A stretch of DNA of 64,000 nt from a phage: sequence record PZ445431.1; one strand, written 5' to 3'. The notes below the pieces were generated by a model. That model was not told where the DNA came from. It ran no database searches and worked only from the letters and a program-made list of their open reading frames with translations. Below, piece after piece: positions 1 to 10,233 of the stretch. The translations under genes and the position numbers were made by a program. Numbering within the stretch: the first letter of the stretch is position 1; every line of letters starts with the position of its first letter.

Positions 1-1317
1 ATGAAAGTCTCTAGAGATTATATTAACACCACAGATGTTATTGACTTTGGTATTGACAAACGATTTTTTCGTCTGCCAGTCTCTAGCATTCTAGCTCAAG
101 AGGGGATTACACCTAACGCCCCTCAGGTTGCAATTATTAATGCGTTAGAAGATCCTAGACACCGTTTCGTAACTGCGTGTGTATCACGTCGTGTAGGTAA
201 GTCATTCATCGCATATACACTTGGGTTCCTGAAGCTTCTGGAGCCTAATGTGAAGGTACTAGTAGTTGCCCCTAACTACTCACTGGCCAATATCGGATGG
301 TCTCAGATTCGTGGTCTTATTAAGAAGTATGGCCTACAAACAGAACGTGAGAATGCTAAAGATAAAGAGATTGAACTAGCGAATGGTTCTCTCTTTAAGC
401 TGGCTTCTGCAGCACAGGCTGACTCCGCGGTTGGTCGTTCGTATGACTTCATCATCTTTGACGAAGCAGCGATTTCCGATGTTGGTGGTGCAGCTTTCGA
501 TATTCAGTTACGTCCTACCCTAGATAAGCCAAACTCTAAAGCTCTATTTATCTCTACTCCTCGTGGAGGTAACTGGTTCAAAGAGTTCTATGAGAAAGGA
601 TTTAACGAAACGCTACCTAATTGGGTATCTATTCATGGTACATATCGTGATAACCCACGCGCTGACATGAACGATATCGAAGAAGCGCGTCGTACTGTTA
701 GTAAAAACTATTTTCGTCAAGAATATGAGGCTGATTTCTCCGTATTCGAAGGTCAGATCTTTGACACCTTCAATGCTATCGAACATGTTAAAGACCTCAA
801 GGGTATGCGTCACTTCTTTAAAGATGATGAAGCATTTGAAACATTACTTGGTATCGACGTTGGTTATCGTGACCCTACAGCGGTTCTCACTATTAAGTAT
901 CACTACGATGAAGATGTTTATTATGTACTGGAAGAATACCAGCAAGCTGAAAAGACTACCGCTCAACATGCTGCTTATATCCAACACTGCATAGATCGTT
1001 ATAATGTTGATCGTATATTTGTAGACTCCGCTGCTGCTCAGTTCCGTCAGGACTTAGCTTATGAACATGAAATCGCTTCTGCACCTGCTAAGAAATCTGT
1101 CCTAGATGGTTTGGCATGCCTGCAAGCACTGTTCCAGCAAGGTAAGATCATCGTAGATGCTTCATGTACCTCATTGATCCACGCCCTAGCGAACTACAAG
1201 TGGGACTTCCAGGAAGGCGAAGAGAAATTATCACGTGAAAAACCACGTCATGATGCTAACTCTCACCTTTGTGATGCGCTCCGCTATGGAATTTACTCAA
1301 TTTCCCGTGGGAAATAA
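1..1317 (+). CDS. terminase large subunit
   Basis: 438-aa ORF; Walker A-like CVSRRVGKS near N-terminus; sits upstream of portal; size matches T5 TerL as recalled. Confidence 0.85.
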   Translation: MKVSRDYINTTDVIDFGIDKRFFRLPVSSILAQEGITPNAPQVAIINALEDPRHRFVTACVSRRVGKSFIAYTLGFLKLLEPNVKVLVVAPNYSLANIGWSQIRGLIKKYGLQTERENAKDKEIELANGSLFKLASAAQADSAVGRSYDFIIFDEAAISDVGGAAFDIQLRPTLDKPNSKALFISTPRGGNWFKEFYEKGFNETLPNWVSIHGTYRDNPRADMNDIEEARRTVSKNYFRQEYEADFSVFEGQIFDTFNAIEHVKDLKGMRHFFKDDEAFETLLGIDVGYRDPTAVLTIKYHYDEDVYYVLEEYQQAEKTTAQHAAYIQHCIDRYNVDRIFVDSAAAQFRQDLAYEHEIASAPAKKSVLDGLACLQALFQQGKIIVDASCTSLIHALANYKWDFQEGEEKLSREKPRHDANSHLCDALRYGIYSISRGK

Positions 1318-1326
1318 ATAAGTATA

Positions 1327-1359
1327 GGATGGGATACTACTCAGTTGGTATCCCATTCC
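1327..1359 (+). terminator. hairpin after terminase gene (weak terminator candidate)
   Basis: GGGATAC ... GTATCCC 7-bp stem with 10-nt loop right after stop codon; poor U-tract. Confidence 0.3.
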
Positions 1360-1488
1360 TGCATTTTAAAATCCCCTTTACAAATTCGACATGATTATGT
1401 ATACTATATTCATTGATCGGGAGAACTTCTCCCCTAATAGAACGTAAACAAGAAAAATTAGTGCTCTATATGGAGTGTAGGAGATTCT

Positions 1489-2163
1489 ATGGGTCGACAA
1501 AAGCTAACAATAAAAGATATAAATACTAGATTAGCTGATCGTGGAATCCAAATTGTCTGTGAATATGTAAACCAACGTACAAAAACAGTATTTAAATGCC
1601 AGAGAGCACACGTTTGGGAAGCAACGCCACATTCTATACTCCATATTAAGAGGGGTTGCCCACACTGCGCACCTAATACTATATTGCTAGATGAAGTTAA
1701 TAACAGGATATCCAGTATAGGGTATACACTGTTAAATAACTATACTAATGCAAAAACAAAACTACATCTACGCTGTAATAATGGTCATGAATGCTATATT
1801 ACCTTAGATGGGTTGACGCAAGGTAGAAGATGTCCTTATTGCTCCCTTAAATGGGATAATGGTGGATTTCTCTATATCATGTCCTCTTCTATGGGTACTA
1901 AAGTAGGTATAAGTTTATACCCCGAGAAGCGATTGAACGAGGTTAAAAGAGAGTCTGGATTTTCAGATCTATACTTATTTACCACGTATCACTTACCTGA
2001 TAGAGAAACTGCTCTAGATTTAGAAAAAGAAGTCCATAGAGAATATTATAATAAAAACTGTGGGTTTTCAAAATTTACAGGAAGCACAGAATTTTTTAAT
2101 GTTGCTCCAGAGGATATAGTAGTCTTTCTAAGTAACTTTGGATTGGAGGAATATGGCCACTAA
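1489..2163 (+). CDS. free-standing endonuclease-like protein, T5orf172/GIY-YIG-related domain with N-terminal Cys-rich repeats
   Basis: C-terminal GGFLYIMSS...KVGIS...KRL pattern typical of T5orf172 domain; CPHC and CPYC zinc-ribbon-like motifs; inserted between terminase and portal. Confidence 0.55.
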   Translation: MGRQKLTIKDINTRLADRGIQIVCEYVNQRTKTVFKCQRAHVWEATPHSILHIKRGCPHCAPNTILLDEVNNRISSIGYTLLNNYTNAKTKLHLRCNNGHECYITLDGLTQGRRCPYCSLKWDNGGFLYIMSSSMGTKVGISLYPEKRLNEVKRESGFSDLYLFTTYHLPDRETALDLEKEVHREYYNKNCGFSKFTGSTEFFNVAPEDIVVFLSNFGLEEYGH

Positions 2164-2590
2164 TACTAAGTACAAACGTGATGCCATTTCCATAATGAGG
2201 GATGGTATAAAATCTAGGTATAGTAAGGATGGTTGCTGTGCTATATGCGGTAGTGATGAAGCCCTAGAACTTCATCACTATCATACTATATCTCAACTAA
2301 TTAAAAATTTTGCTAAAGAACTCCAGCTGGATTTCACTGATGAGAATATCGTCCTTTCAAATAGGGAAGCATTCTATAAGAAATATGAGCATGAATTAGT
2401 TAGAGACGTAGTAACATTATGCCAGCATCATCACCAACTATTACATAAGGTGTACACTAAAGAACCTCCCCTTTTCTCTGCTAATAAGCAGAAGGCATGG
2501 GTTCTTAAACAAAAGGAAAAGCTACAGAATCCTCAAGAAAAGACACAAGTCAAGACTGAAACTAAATCAGGATTCGCAAGGTTCTTATAA
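2138..2590 (+). CDS. HNH endonuclease
   Basis: CAICGSDEALELHHYH ... N ... CQHHHQLLH His-Asn-His and Cys-pair motif; 150 aa; overlaps previous ORF end. Confidence 0.7.
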   Translation: MDWRNMATNTKYKRDAISIMRDGIKSRYSKDGCCAICGSDEALELHHYHTISQLIKNFAKELQLDFTDENIVLSNREAFYKKYEHELVRDVVTLCQHHHQLLHKVYTKEPPLFSANKQKAWVLKQKEKLQNPQEKTQVKTETKSGFARFL

Positions 2591-3807
2591 TGGGTTTAAA
2601 AAGCTGGATTACTGAAAAGCTAAATCCGGGTCAACGTATTATAAGAGACATGGAACCAGTTAGTCATCGCACTAACCGTAAGCCATTTACCACTGGACAA
2701 GCCTACAGTAAGATTGAGATTCTCAACCGAACTGCTAACATGGTTATCGATAGTGCGGCGGAGTGTTCTTATACTGTCGGAGATAAATATAATATTGTCA
2801 CGTACGCTAACGGCGTGAAGGCAAAGACTCTAGACACTCTCTTAAATGTACGACCTAATCCATTCATGGATATAAGCACATTCCGTAGACTTGTAGTCAC
2901 TGACCTACTTTTTGAGGGTTGTGCATACATCTATTGGGATGGCACAGCACTTTACCATGTCCCTGCTGCACTAATGCAAGTAGAGGCAGATGCCAATAAG
3001 TTTATCAAAAAATTCATATTTAATAACCAGATAGACTATCGCGTAGATGAGATTATCTTTATAAAGGATAACAGTTACGTGTGTGGCACAAACTCCCAAA
3101 TTTCTGGACAATCTCGTGTTGCTACAGTTATTGACTCTCTTGAGAAGCGTTCTAAAATGCTTAACTTTAAAGAGAAGTTCCTCGATAACGGCACTGTGAT
3201 TGGTCTTATTCTTGAGACGGATGAAATCCTGAACAAGAAATTGCGTGAGCGTAAACAAGAAGAATTACAACTCGATTATAATCCTAGTACGGGTCAGTCT
3301 ACTGTCCTGATTCTAGATGGTGGTATGAAAGCAAAACCGTACTCCCAAATATCCTCTTTTAAAGATCTAGACTTCAAGGAAGATATCGAAGGATTTAATA
3401 AATCCATCTGTCTTGCCTTTGGTGTTCCGCAAGTGTTACTTGATGGTGGTAATAATGCTAACATTCGACCAAACATCGAATTGTTCTATTACATGACTAT
3501 CATTCCTATGCTGAACAAGCTGACTAGTTCTCTTACTTTCTTCTTTGGCTACAAGGTTACTCCTAATACTAAGGAAGTAGCTGCACTGACGCCAGATAAA
3601 GAAGCTGAGGCTAAACATTTAACCTCTTTGGTTAATAATGGTATTATGACTGGTAACGAAGCTCGTTTAGAGCTGAACCTTGAACCTTTAGATGATGAGC
3701 AGATGGATAGGATTCGTATTCCTGCTAACGTTGCTGGTTCTGCAACAGGTGTATCTGGTCAAGAAGGTGGTAGACCTCAAGGTTCCACCGAGGGAGATAA
3801 AGAATGA
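2590..3807 (+). CDS. portal protein
   Basis: 405-aa ORF directly between terminase and head genes; size matches T5 portal pb7 as recalled. Confidence 0.8.
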   Translation: MGLKSWITEKLNPGQRIIRDMEPVSHRTNRKPFTTGQAYSKIEILNRTANMVIDSAAECSYTVGDKYNIVTYANGVKAKTLDTLLNVRPNPFMDISTFRRLVVTDLLFEGCAYIYWDGTALYHVPAALMQVEADANKFIKKFIFNNQIDYRVDEIIFIKDNSYVCGTNSQISGQSRVATVIDSLEKRSKMLNFKEKFLDNGTVIGLILETDEILNKKLRERKQEELQLDYNPSTGQSTVLILDGGMKAKPYSQISSFKDLDFKEDIEGFNKSICLAFGVPQVLLDGGNNANIRPNIELFYYMTIIPMLNKLTSSLTFFFGYKVTPNTKEVAALTPDKEAEAKHLTSLVNNGIMTGNEARLELNLEPLDDEQMDRIRIPANVAGSATGVSGQEGGRPQGSTEGDKE

Positions 3808-4295
3808 TTGATTATAATGGTCTAAAGACCATTTTTGGTGAAAAACTGCCAGAATCTCATATCTTCTTTGCTACGGTTGCTGCGCATAAATATGTTCCTA
3901 GCTATGCTTTTCTGCGTAGAGAACTAGGGCTTTCATCTGCGCATACTAACCGTAAAGTATGGAAGAAATTTGTAGAGGCTTATGGTAAAGCAGTTCCTCC
4001 TGCTCCACCGGCTCCACCATTAACTCTTTCTAAAGATTTAACTGCTAGCATGTCAGTTGAAGAGGGAGCAGCATTAACACTTTCTGTTACTGCAACTGGT
4101 GGTACTGGTCCATATACTTATGCATGGACTAAAGATGGTTCTCCTATTCCTGGTGCTTCAGGAGCTACCTATACTAAGCCTGCAGCAGCTACGGAGGATT
4201 CTGGAGCCTATAAAGTAACTGTAACAGATAGTAAGCAAGTAAGCAAGGATTCTACTGCGTGTACTGTGACAGTTAACCCTGGTGTTGGAGGCTAA
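3804..4295 (+). CDS. capsid decoration protein with C-terminal Ig-like domain (pb10-like)
   Basis: 163 aa; PAPPAPP linker followed by Ig-like segment TYAWTKDGSPIPGASGATYTKPAAATEDSGAYKVTVTD; position between portal and protease. Confidence 0.65.
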   Translation: MIDYNGLKTIFGEKLPESHIFFATVAAHKYVPSYAFLRRELGLSSAHTNRKVWKKFVEAYGKAVPPAPPAPPLTLSKDLTASMSVEEGAALTLSVTATGGTGPYTYAWTKDGSPIPGASGATYTKPAAATEDSGAYKVTVTDSKQVSKDSTACTVTVNPGVGG

Positions 4296-4298
4296 TAA

Positions 4299-4931
4299 AT
4301 GACACAAGCTGCTATTGACTATAACAAGTTAAAATCAGCACCCGTTCATTTAGATGCTTATATTAAATCTATTGATAGCGAATCCAAAGAAGGTGTTGTA
4401 AAAATCCGTGGATTCGCTAACACAATTAGTAAAGATCGCGCTGGTGATGTAATTCTTGCTTCTGCGTGGAAAACATCTAATGCACTTACTAACTACATGA
4501 AAAACCCGATTATTCTTTTCGGCCACGACTATCGTCGTCCAATCGGCAAGTGTATTGATCTTAACCCTACTGAAATGGGTCTCGAAATTGAATGCGAGAT
4601 TTATGAAAGTTCTGATCCAGCTATCTTTTCACTAATTAAAAACGGTGTACTGAAAACCTTCAGTATCGGATTCCGCTTCCTAGACGCAGAATGGGATGAA
4701 GCTACTGACATATTTATTATTAAAGATTTAGAACTATACGAAGTTTCGGTAGTTTCTGTACCCTGTAATCAGGACTCAACGTTCAATCTCGCTAAGAGCA
4801 TGAATGGTCATGATTATACTGAATGGCGTAAATCTTTTACTGCAATAAGTTCTAAAGCTGTCCCAGCTCAAGAACGTAATCTTTCTGAACTAGAAAAACT
4901 TGCGATAGCTTTAGGCTACGTTAAAGAATAA
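4299..4931 (+). CDS. prohead maturation protease
   Basis: 210-aa ORF immediately upstream of major capsid protein; size and position as in T5 pb11. Confidence 0.65.
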   Translation: MTQAAIDYNKLKSAPVHLDAYIKSIDSESKEGVVKIRGFANTISKDRAGDVILASAWKTSNALTNYMKNPIILFGHDYRRPIGKCIDLNPTEMGLEIECEIYESSDPAIFSLIKNGVLKTFSIGFRFLDAEWDEATDIFIIKDLELYEVSVVSVPCNQDSTFNLAKSMNGHDYTEWRKSFTAISSKAVPAQERNLSELEKLAIALGYVKE

Positions 4932-4948
4932 CGGAGAATTATTTAAAA

Positions 4949-6325
4949 ATGACTATTGATATTAATAAGCTGAAGGAAGAACTTGGTCTGGGTGATCTGG
5001 CTAAATCTCTGGAAGGTCTTACTGCTGCTCAGAAAGCGGCGGAAGCTAAGCGTCTGCGTGAAGAGCAGGAAGAAAAAGAACTGGCTCGTATGAACGATCT
5101 AGTATCTAAAGCTGTTGGTGAAGACCGTAAGCGTCTGGAAGAAGCTCTGGATCTGGTTAAGAACCTGGATGAGAAGTCTAAGAAGAGCGCAGAACTGTTT
5201 GCACAGACTGTAGAAAAGCAACAGGAAACCATCGTTGGTCTTCAGGACGAAATTAAGTCTCTGTTGGCAGCTCGTGAAGGTCGTTCCTTCGTTGGTGATA
5301 GCGTAGCTAAAGCTCTTTATGGCACTCAGGATGCTTTCGAAGATGAAGTTGAGAAACTGGTTCTTCTGTCTTATATGATGGAGAAGGACGTATTCGAAAC
5401 TGAACATGGTAAGGCTCACGTTAAAGCTGTTAACGGTTCTTCTTCCGTTTCCATGTCTAGCGAAGCATACGAAACTATCTTCTCTACCCGTATTATCCGT
5501 GACCTGCAGAAGGAACTGGTAGTTGGTGCACTGTTCGATGAACTGCCAATGTCCAGCAAAATCCTTACTATGCTCGTTGAACCAGAAGCTGGTCGTGCTA
5601 CTTGGGTAGATGCTTCCAAATTCGGTACTGACGAAACTGTTGGTGACGAAGTTAAAGGTCAACTGACTGAAATCAGCTTCAAAACTTACAAGCTGGCTGC
5701 TAAATCCTTCATCACTGATGAAACTGAGGAAGATGCAATCTTCTCCCTGCTGCCTCTGCTGCGTAAGCGTCTGATCGAAGCACACGCTGTTTCTATCGAA
5801 GAAGCTTTCATGTCCGGTAATGGTACTGGTCAGCCTAAGGGTCTGCTGAAACTGGCTGCTGATGATGGTGCTAAGGTTATTACCGAAGCTAAAGCTGACG
5901 GTTCTGTTCTGGTAACTGCTAAGACTATCTCCAAGCTGCGTCGTAAACTGGGCCGTCACGGTCTGAAACTGAGCAAACTGGTACTGATCGTATCTATGGA
6001 TGCTTACTACGATCTGCTGGAAGATGAAGAATGGCAGGATGTTGCCCAGGTTGGTAACGATGCTGTTAAACTGCAGGGTCAGGTTGGTCGTATTTACGGT
6101 CTGCCGGTTGTAGTTTCTGAGTACTTCCCAGCTAAAGCTGCTTCCGCTGAATTCGCAGTTATTGTTTATAAAGATAACTTCGTAATGCCGCGTCAGCGCG
6201 CCGTTACTGTTGAACGTGAGCGCCAAGCTGGTAAACAGCGTGATGCATACTACGTTACTCAGCGTGTTAACCTGCAACGTTACTTTAATAATGGCGTTGT
6301 GTCTGGTGCTTACGCTGCATCTTAA
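4949..6325 (+). CDS. major capsid protein precursor with N-terminal scaffolding (delta) domain
   Basis: 458 aa; N-terminal charged coiled-coil-like ~150 aa then HK97-like body; strongly biased codon usage (highly expressed). Confidence 0.85.
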   Translation: MTIDINKLKEELGLGDLAKSLEGLTAAQKAAEAKRLREEQEEKELARMNDLVSKAVGEDRKRLEEALDLVKNLDEKSKKSAELFAQTVEKQQETIVGLQDEIKSLLAAREGRSFVGDSVAKALYGTQDAFEDEVEKLVLLSYMMEKDVFETEHGKAHVKAVNGSSSVSMSSEAYETIFSTRIIRDLQKELVVGALFDELPMSSKILTMLVEPEAGRATWVDASKFGTDETVGDEVKGQLTEISFKTYKLAAKSFITDETEEDAIFSLLPLLRKRLIEAHAVSIEEAFMSGNGTGQPKGLLKLAADDGAKVITEAKADGSVLVTAKTISKLRRKLGRHGLKLSKLVLIVSMDAYYDLLEDEEWQDVAQVGNDAVKLQGQVGRIYGLPVVVSEYFPAKAASAEFAVIVYKDNFVMPRQRAVTVERERQAGKQRDAYYVTQRVNLQRYFNNGVVSGAYAAS

Positions 6326-6336
6326 TATTGACTACT

Positions 6337-6360
6337 ATACCCTCTCAAAAGAGAGGGTAT
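6337..6360. terminator. hairpin after capsid gene
   Basis: TACCCTCTC-AAAA-GAGAGGGTA perfect inverted repeat; no clear U-tract. Confidence 0.35.
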
Positions 6361-6408
6361 ACCATATTACAGTTCATTCATATGGTATACTTGTATGGGG
6401 GTTACTAA

Positions 6409-6978
6409 ATGGCAGGAAAAGCGATACCTTATGAAATAAGGGAAAAGCAAATTCTAGAAATTTGCGAAAAAGAAGGGTATGTATATAAAGGGGTGGTTGG
6501 TAACTTTAAGAATTCAGAATCCAAAATACTGATAGAATGCACTAAGGATGGTAATTGTTGGACTCCACGCATACGTAATTTTGTCAATACTGGTTCACGA
6601 TGTCCAAAATGTTGTCAAACACGTTTTTTGAAGGCAAAAGAAAATAAAGTAGTCTCTATAGAAGATACTCCTGCTATTTTTTATATTCAAAGATTGACTA
6701 ACAATTATCACTCAGTTCTAAAATATGGAATAACTTCCCGAAATATTGATGTTCGGATTAGAGAACAATCACGAGTATCAGCCTATACTCACGAACTACT
6801 CCTATCAGTGCAACTACCTTCTAGACAGGAGGCATTTATGTTAGAAGCCTTAGTAAAACAGTCTATTCCTTCTGGGTTTCTTACTCCTGCTCTTCTCCCT
6901 GATGGGTATACAGAAACCTGTCTTGAAAAATACCTGCCAGAGATAAAACATATAGTTTATAATTATATGTTTTCCTAG
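6409..6978 (+). CDS. free-standing endonuclease-like protein (T5orf172/GIY-YIG-related) with Cys-rich N-terminus
   Basis: 189 aa; CPKCC motif; AIFYIQRL...KYGITSRNIDVRIREQ resembles T5orf172-type core; inserted between capsid and head-completion genes. Confidence 0.45.
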   Translation: MAGKAIPYEIREKQILEICEKEGYVYKGVVGNFKNSESKILIECTKDGNCWTPRIRNFVNTGSRCPKCCQTRFLKAKENKVVSIEDTPAIFYIQRLTNNYHSVLKYGITSRNIDVRIREQSRVSAYTHELLLSVQLPSRQEAFMLEALVKQSIPSGFLTPALLPDGYTETCLEKYLPEIKHIVYNYMFS

Positions 6979-6982
6979 TAAC

Positions 6983-7020
6983 GGCTCTTTAGCCGAAAGA
7001 GAGCTTCGGCTCTCTTTTTT
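6983..7020 (+). terminator. rho-independent terminator
   Basis: AGCCGAA ... TTCGGCT stem followed by CTCTTTTTT. Confidence 0.6.
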
Positions 7021-7033
7021 ATTGGAAAAATAA

Positions 7034-7546
7034 ATGCAAATCATCACTATTGAAGACTACAGACTATATGCTAATGCAAAGCGACCTGATATGGAAACTC
7101 AGGTTGAGATGATGATTAAAGCTGCCAATACGCTGATTACAAGCCTTCTAGGTATGGATGATGCAGATGCGGTAGATCAATTAATCACTACAAAACCTAG
7201 CCGTAGGAAATATTTCCTGAGTTCTCCCTCAGCCACATCTATTACAAAGATGACTATTAACGAGAATGAAATAGGCCAGGAACAGTTTAAATTGTACCCT
7301 AATGGTGTTATTCTTCTTAAATTTAATCCTCCTGAGGGATATATGGATGTAGAATATACCCAAGGTGGTTTCAACCCAATGCCTGAAGATCTTAAGCTGG
7401 CAGCATGCCTGTTAGTAGATCACTGGCATAAGCAGGATTATCGTCAAGCCAAGACTATTGGTGGGGAGACAATTACGTTTAATAGTACTAAGTCTGGTAT
7501 TCCAGAGCATATTCGTACAATCGTCGAAGTATATAGGAGAGTATAA
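7034..7546 (+). CDS. head completion / head-tail adaptor protein (p144-like)
   Basis: 170-aa ORF at conserved position after capsid gene in T5-like order. Confidence 0.45.
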   Translation: MQIITIEDYRLYANAKRPDMETQVEMMIKAANTLITSLLGMDDADAVDQLITTKPSRRKYFLSSPSATSITKMTINENEIGQEQFKLYPNGVILLKFNPPEGYMDVEYTQGGFNPMPEDLKLAACLLVDHWHKQDYRQAKTIGGETITFNSTKSGIPEHIRTIVEVYRRV

Positions 7547-8313
7547 TGGCTCTTTCTGATATAGCTACACAAATTATTAAAGAGCAGCTAGATTCTGCTG
7601 GACGTTCTGAGAATAATAAGAATACTGTTGTATATACAGTTGAGACTGGTTTGAAAGATCTTACAAGAGACGGTACAGTTGCACAGGTATCTTTTAAGTT
7701 CTCTAAACCAGTATCTCAAGATTTACTTAATGTTAGGACTGCTTCTATCCTAAAAGCTGTATCTTCTAGCTTAGATCTAACAGGAGACTTAGGTGCTTTA
7801 GAAAGCCTTATTCAATCAACCGCAGGCAAGAAATCTTCTGTAGGTAAAAAACGTTCTACTGGTAGAGTAGAGGTAAACTTTGGGGATCCTAGAGACGTGG
7901 AAGATGGATATTCTGGTGCAGTAACAGGTGTTTCAGGACGTTTTGTATCTAATAGCAATATGAAGGTTATTCTGGAGTTGGTTGCTAAAGAATACTTAAT
8001 AAAAGATATGAAAAAAGCAGGAGCTCCACTTAAATTTAGAACAGGTCGTTTTGCAAATTCTCTAAAAGTTAAAGATGTTATGCTTAGAGATGCTGGAACT
8101 AGCAAAGGTGCTCCTGAATTAAATGTTACATATAATTATATGGTACGTCCATATTCTGTGTTCAATCCGGCAGTATCTACATACAGAAGATTATCTCTAC
8201 GACCTTATCCTGGCGCTAGAAACCCACAAAAACTTATTGGTGAGGCTATAGCAAAAGCTGCAAGAGACCTGATTCACTCCAGGTACAAAATTAAGGTTAA
8301 TCAAGGAACCTAA
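7546..8313 (+). CDS. head-tail joining / tail completion protein (p143-like)
   Basis: 255-aa ORF, start overlaps upstream stop; position only. Confidence 0.4.
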   Translation: MALSDIATQIIKEQLDSAGRSENNKNTVVYTVETGLKDLTRDGTVAQVSFKFSKPVSQDLLNVRTASILKAVSSSLDLTGDLGALESLIQSTAGKKSSVGKKRSTGRVEVNFGDPRDVEDGYSGAVTGVSGRFVSNSNMKVILELVAKEYLIKDMKKAGAPLKFRTGRFANSLKVKDVMLRDAGTSKGAPELNVTYNYMVRPYSVFNPAVSTYRRLSLRPYPGARNPQKLIGEAIAKAARDLIHSRYKIKVNQGT

Positions 8314-8316
8314 TAA

Positions 8317-8805
8317 ATGGATCACAGAACAAGTATAGCACAAGCTCTGGTTGACCGAATAGCCAAACAAATGGATGGCTCTCAACCAGATGAATATTTT
8401 AATAACTTGTATGGAAACGTCTCACGTCAAACTTATAAGTTTGAGGAGATACGAGAGTTTCCTTATGTAGCAGTCCATATTGGAACTGAAACTGGGCAGT
8501 ATCTTCCTTCTGGTCAGCAGTGGATGTTTTTAGAACTTCCGATACTAGTATATGATAAAGAGAAGGATGGAGATATTCAAACTTCCCTGGAAAAACTCGT
8601 AGCGGATATAAAAACCGTTATTGACACAGGTGGAAATTTAGAATATACTGTTAGTAAACCTAATGGATCGACCTTCCCATGTGAGGCAACTGATATGATC
8701 ATTACATCAGTTAGTACAGATGAGGGTCTACTGGCCCCATATGGTTTAGCAGAAATAAATGTAACAGTGAGGTATCAGCCTCCACGCAGGTCACTTCGCA
8801 GATAA
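8317..8805 (+). CDS. tail terminator protein (p142-like)
   Basis: 162-aa ORF immediately upstream of tail tube gene. Confidence 0.45.
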   Translation: MDHRTSIAQALVDRIAKQMDGSQPDEYFNNLYGNVSRQTYKFEEIREFPYVAVHIGTETGQYLPSGQQWMFLELPILVYDKEKDGDIQTSLEKLVADIKTVIDTGGNLEYTVSKPNGSTFPCEATDMIITSVSTDEGLLAPYGLAEINVTVRYQPPRRSLRR

Positions 8806-8831
8806 GTTACAGATTAGGAGAAAATAATTAA

Positions 8832-10229
8832 ATGTCTTTACAACTATTACGTAATACTCGAATCTTCGTGTCTACGGTTAAGACTGGTCACAATAAGACC
8901 AACACGCAAGAGATTCTAGTTCAGGATGATATTTCTTGGGGTCAGGACAGTAACTCAACAGATATTACTGTTAACGAAGCTGGTCCGCGTCCAACTCGTG
9001 GTTCTAAACGTTTTAACGACTCTTTAAACGCTGCTGAGTGGAGTTTTTCTACTTACATCCTACCGTATAAAGATAAAACTACCAACAAACAAATTGTTCC
9101 TGACTATATGTTATGGCACGCACTTTCTAGTGGTAAAGCTATTAACCTTGATGGAGATACTGGAGCACATAATAATGCTACTAACTTCATGGTTAACTTC
9201 AAAGATAACGCATATCACGAACTGGCTATGCTGCATATTTACATTCTAACTGACAATGCGTGGAGTTATATTGACTCTTGCCAGATCAACCAGGCAGAAG
9301 TTAACGTTGATATTGAAGATATTGGTCGTGTAACTTGGTCTGGTAATGGTAATCAGCTCATTCCGTTAGATAGCCAACCATTTGATCCAGATGCATTAGG
9401 TATTGATGATGAAACCTACATGACTATTCAGAGTTCTTACATTAAGAACAAGTTAACTATCCTAAAAATTAAGGATATGGATTCTGATAAGGCATACGAT
9501 ATTCCTATTACTGGTGGTACTTTTACCATTAATAACAACATCACGTACCTAACCCCGAATATTATGTCACGTGTAAATATTCCAATCGGCTCATTTACAG
9601 GTGCGTTTGAGTTAACGGGTTCTCTAACAGCATACCTTAACGATAAAGCTCTAGGATCTATGGAATTGTATAAAGATCTAATTAAAACCCTTAAGGTAGT
9701 TAACCGCTTCGAAATTGCTCTAGTACTTGGTGGTGAATACGATGAAGAACGTCCTGCGGCTATTCTGGTAGCTAAACAAGCACACGTTAATATTCCTACT
9801 ATTGAAACTGATGATGTACTTGGTACTTCAGTAGAGTTTAAAGCTATTCCATCTGATCTGGATGCTGGTGACGAAGGTTACTTAGGCTTCTCTAGTAAAT
9901 ATACCAAAACAACTATTAATAACTTGATTGTTAATGGTGATGGTGCTACTAATGCTGTAACCGCAATTACTGTTAAATCTGCTGGTGATGCTACTACAGT
10001 AAATAACTCGGCTACTCTTCAAATGAGTGTTGAAGTTACTCCTTCTTCCGCAAAGAATAAGGAAGTTACTTGGGCTATCACCGCCGGTGATGCAGCTACA
10101 ATTGATCCAGAATCTGGCCTATTAACTGCGGACACCACTAAAACTGGTGAAGTAACTGTAGAAGCTACTGCTAAAGATGGTTCTGGAGTTAAAGGTACTA
10201 AACAGATTACTGTAACAGCAGGTGGCTAA
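8832..10229 (+). CDS. tail tube protein with C-terminal Ig-like (Big_2-type) domain (pb6-like)
   Basis: 465 aa; C-terminal ITVKSAGDATTV...VTWAITAGDAATIDPESGLLTA...ITVTAGG Ig-like pattern; strong RBS AGGAG. Confidence 0.8.
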   Translation: MSLQLLRNTRIFVSTVKTGHNKTNTQEILVQDDISWGQDSNSTDITVNEAGPRPTRGSKRFNDSLNAAEWSFSTYILPYKDKTTNKQIVPDYMLWHALSSGKAINLDGDTGAHNNATNFMVNFKDNAYHELAMLHIYILTDNAWSYIDSCQINQAEVNVDIEDIGRVTWSGNGNQLIPLDSQPFDPDALGIDDETYMTIQSSYIKNKLTILKIKDMDSDKAYDIPITGGTFTINNNITYLTPNIMSRVNIPIGSFTGAFELTGSLTAYLNDKALGSMELYKDLIKTLKVVNRFEIALVLGGEYDEERPAAILVAKQAHVNIPTIETDDVLGTSVEFKAIPSDLDAGDEGYLGFSSKYTKTTINNLIVNGDGATNAVTAITVKSAGDATTVNNSATLQMSVEVTPSSAKNKEVTWAITAGDAATIDPESGLLTADTTKTGEVTVEATAKDGSGVKGTKQITVTAGG

Positions 10230-10233
10230 TTAA

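Noticed and set aside
5099-6277. 392-aa ORF antisense to the major capsid gene
   Set aside because: Shadow ORF of a strongly codon-biased gene; no RBS, implausible composition, and the sense strand encodes a clear HK97-type capsid protein.
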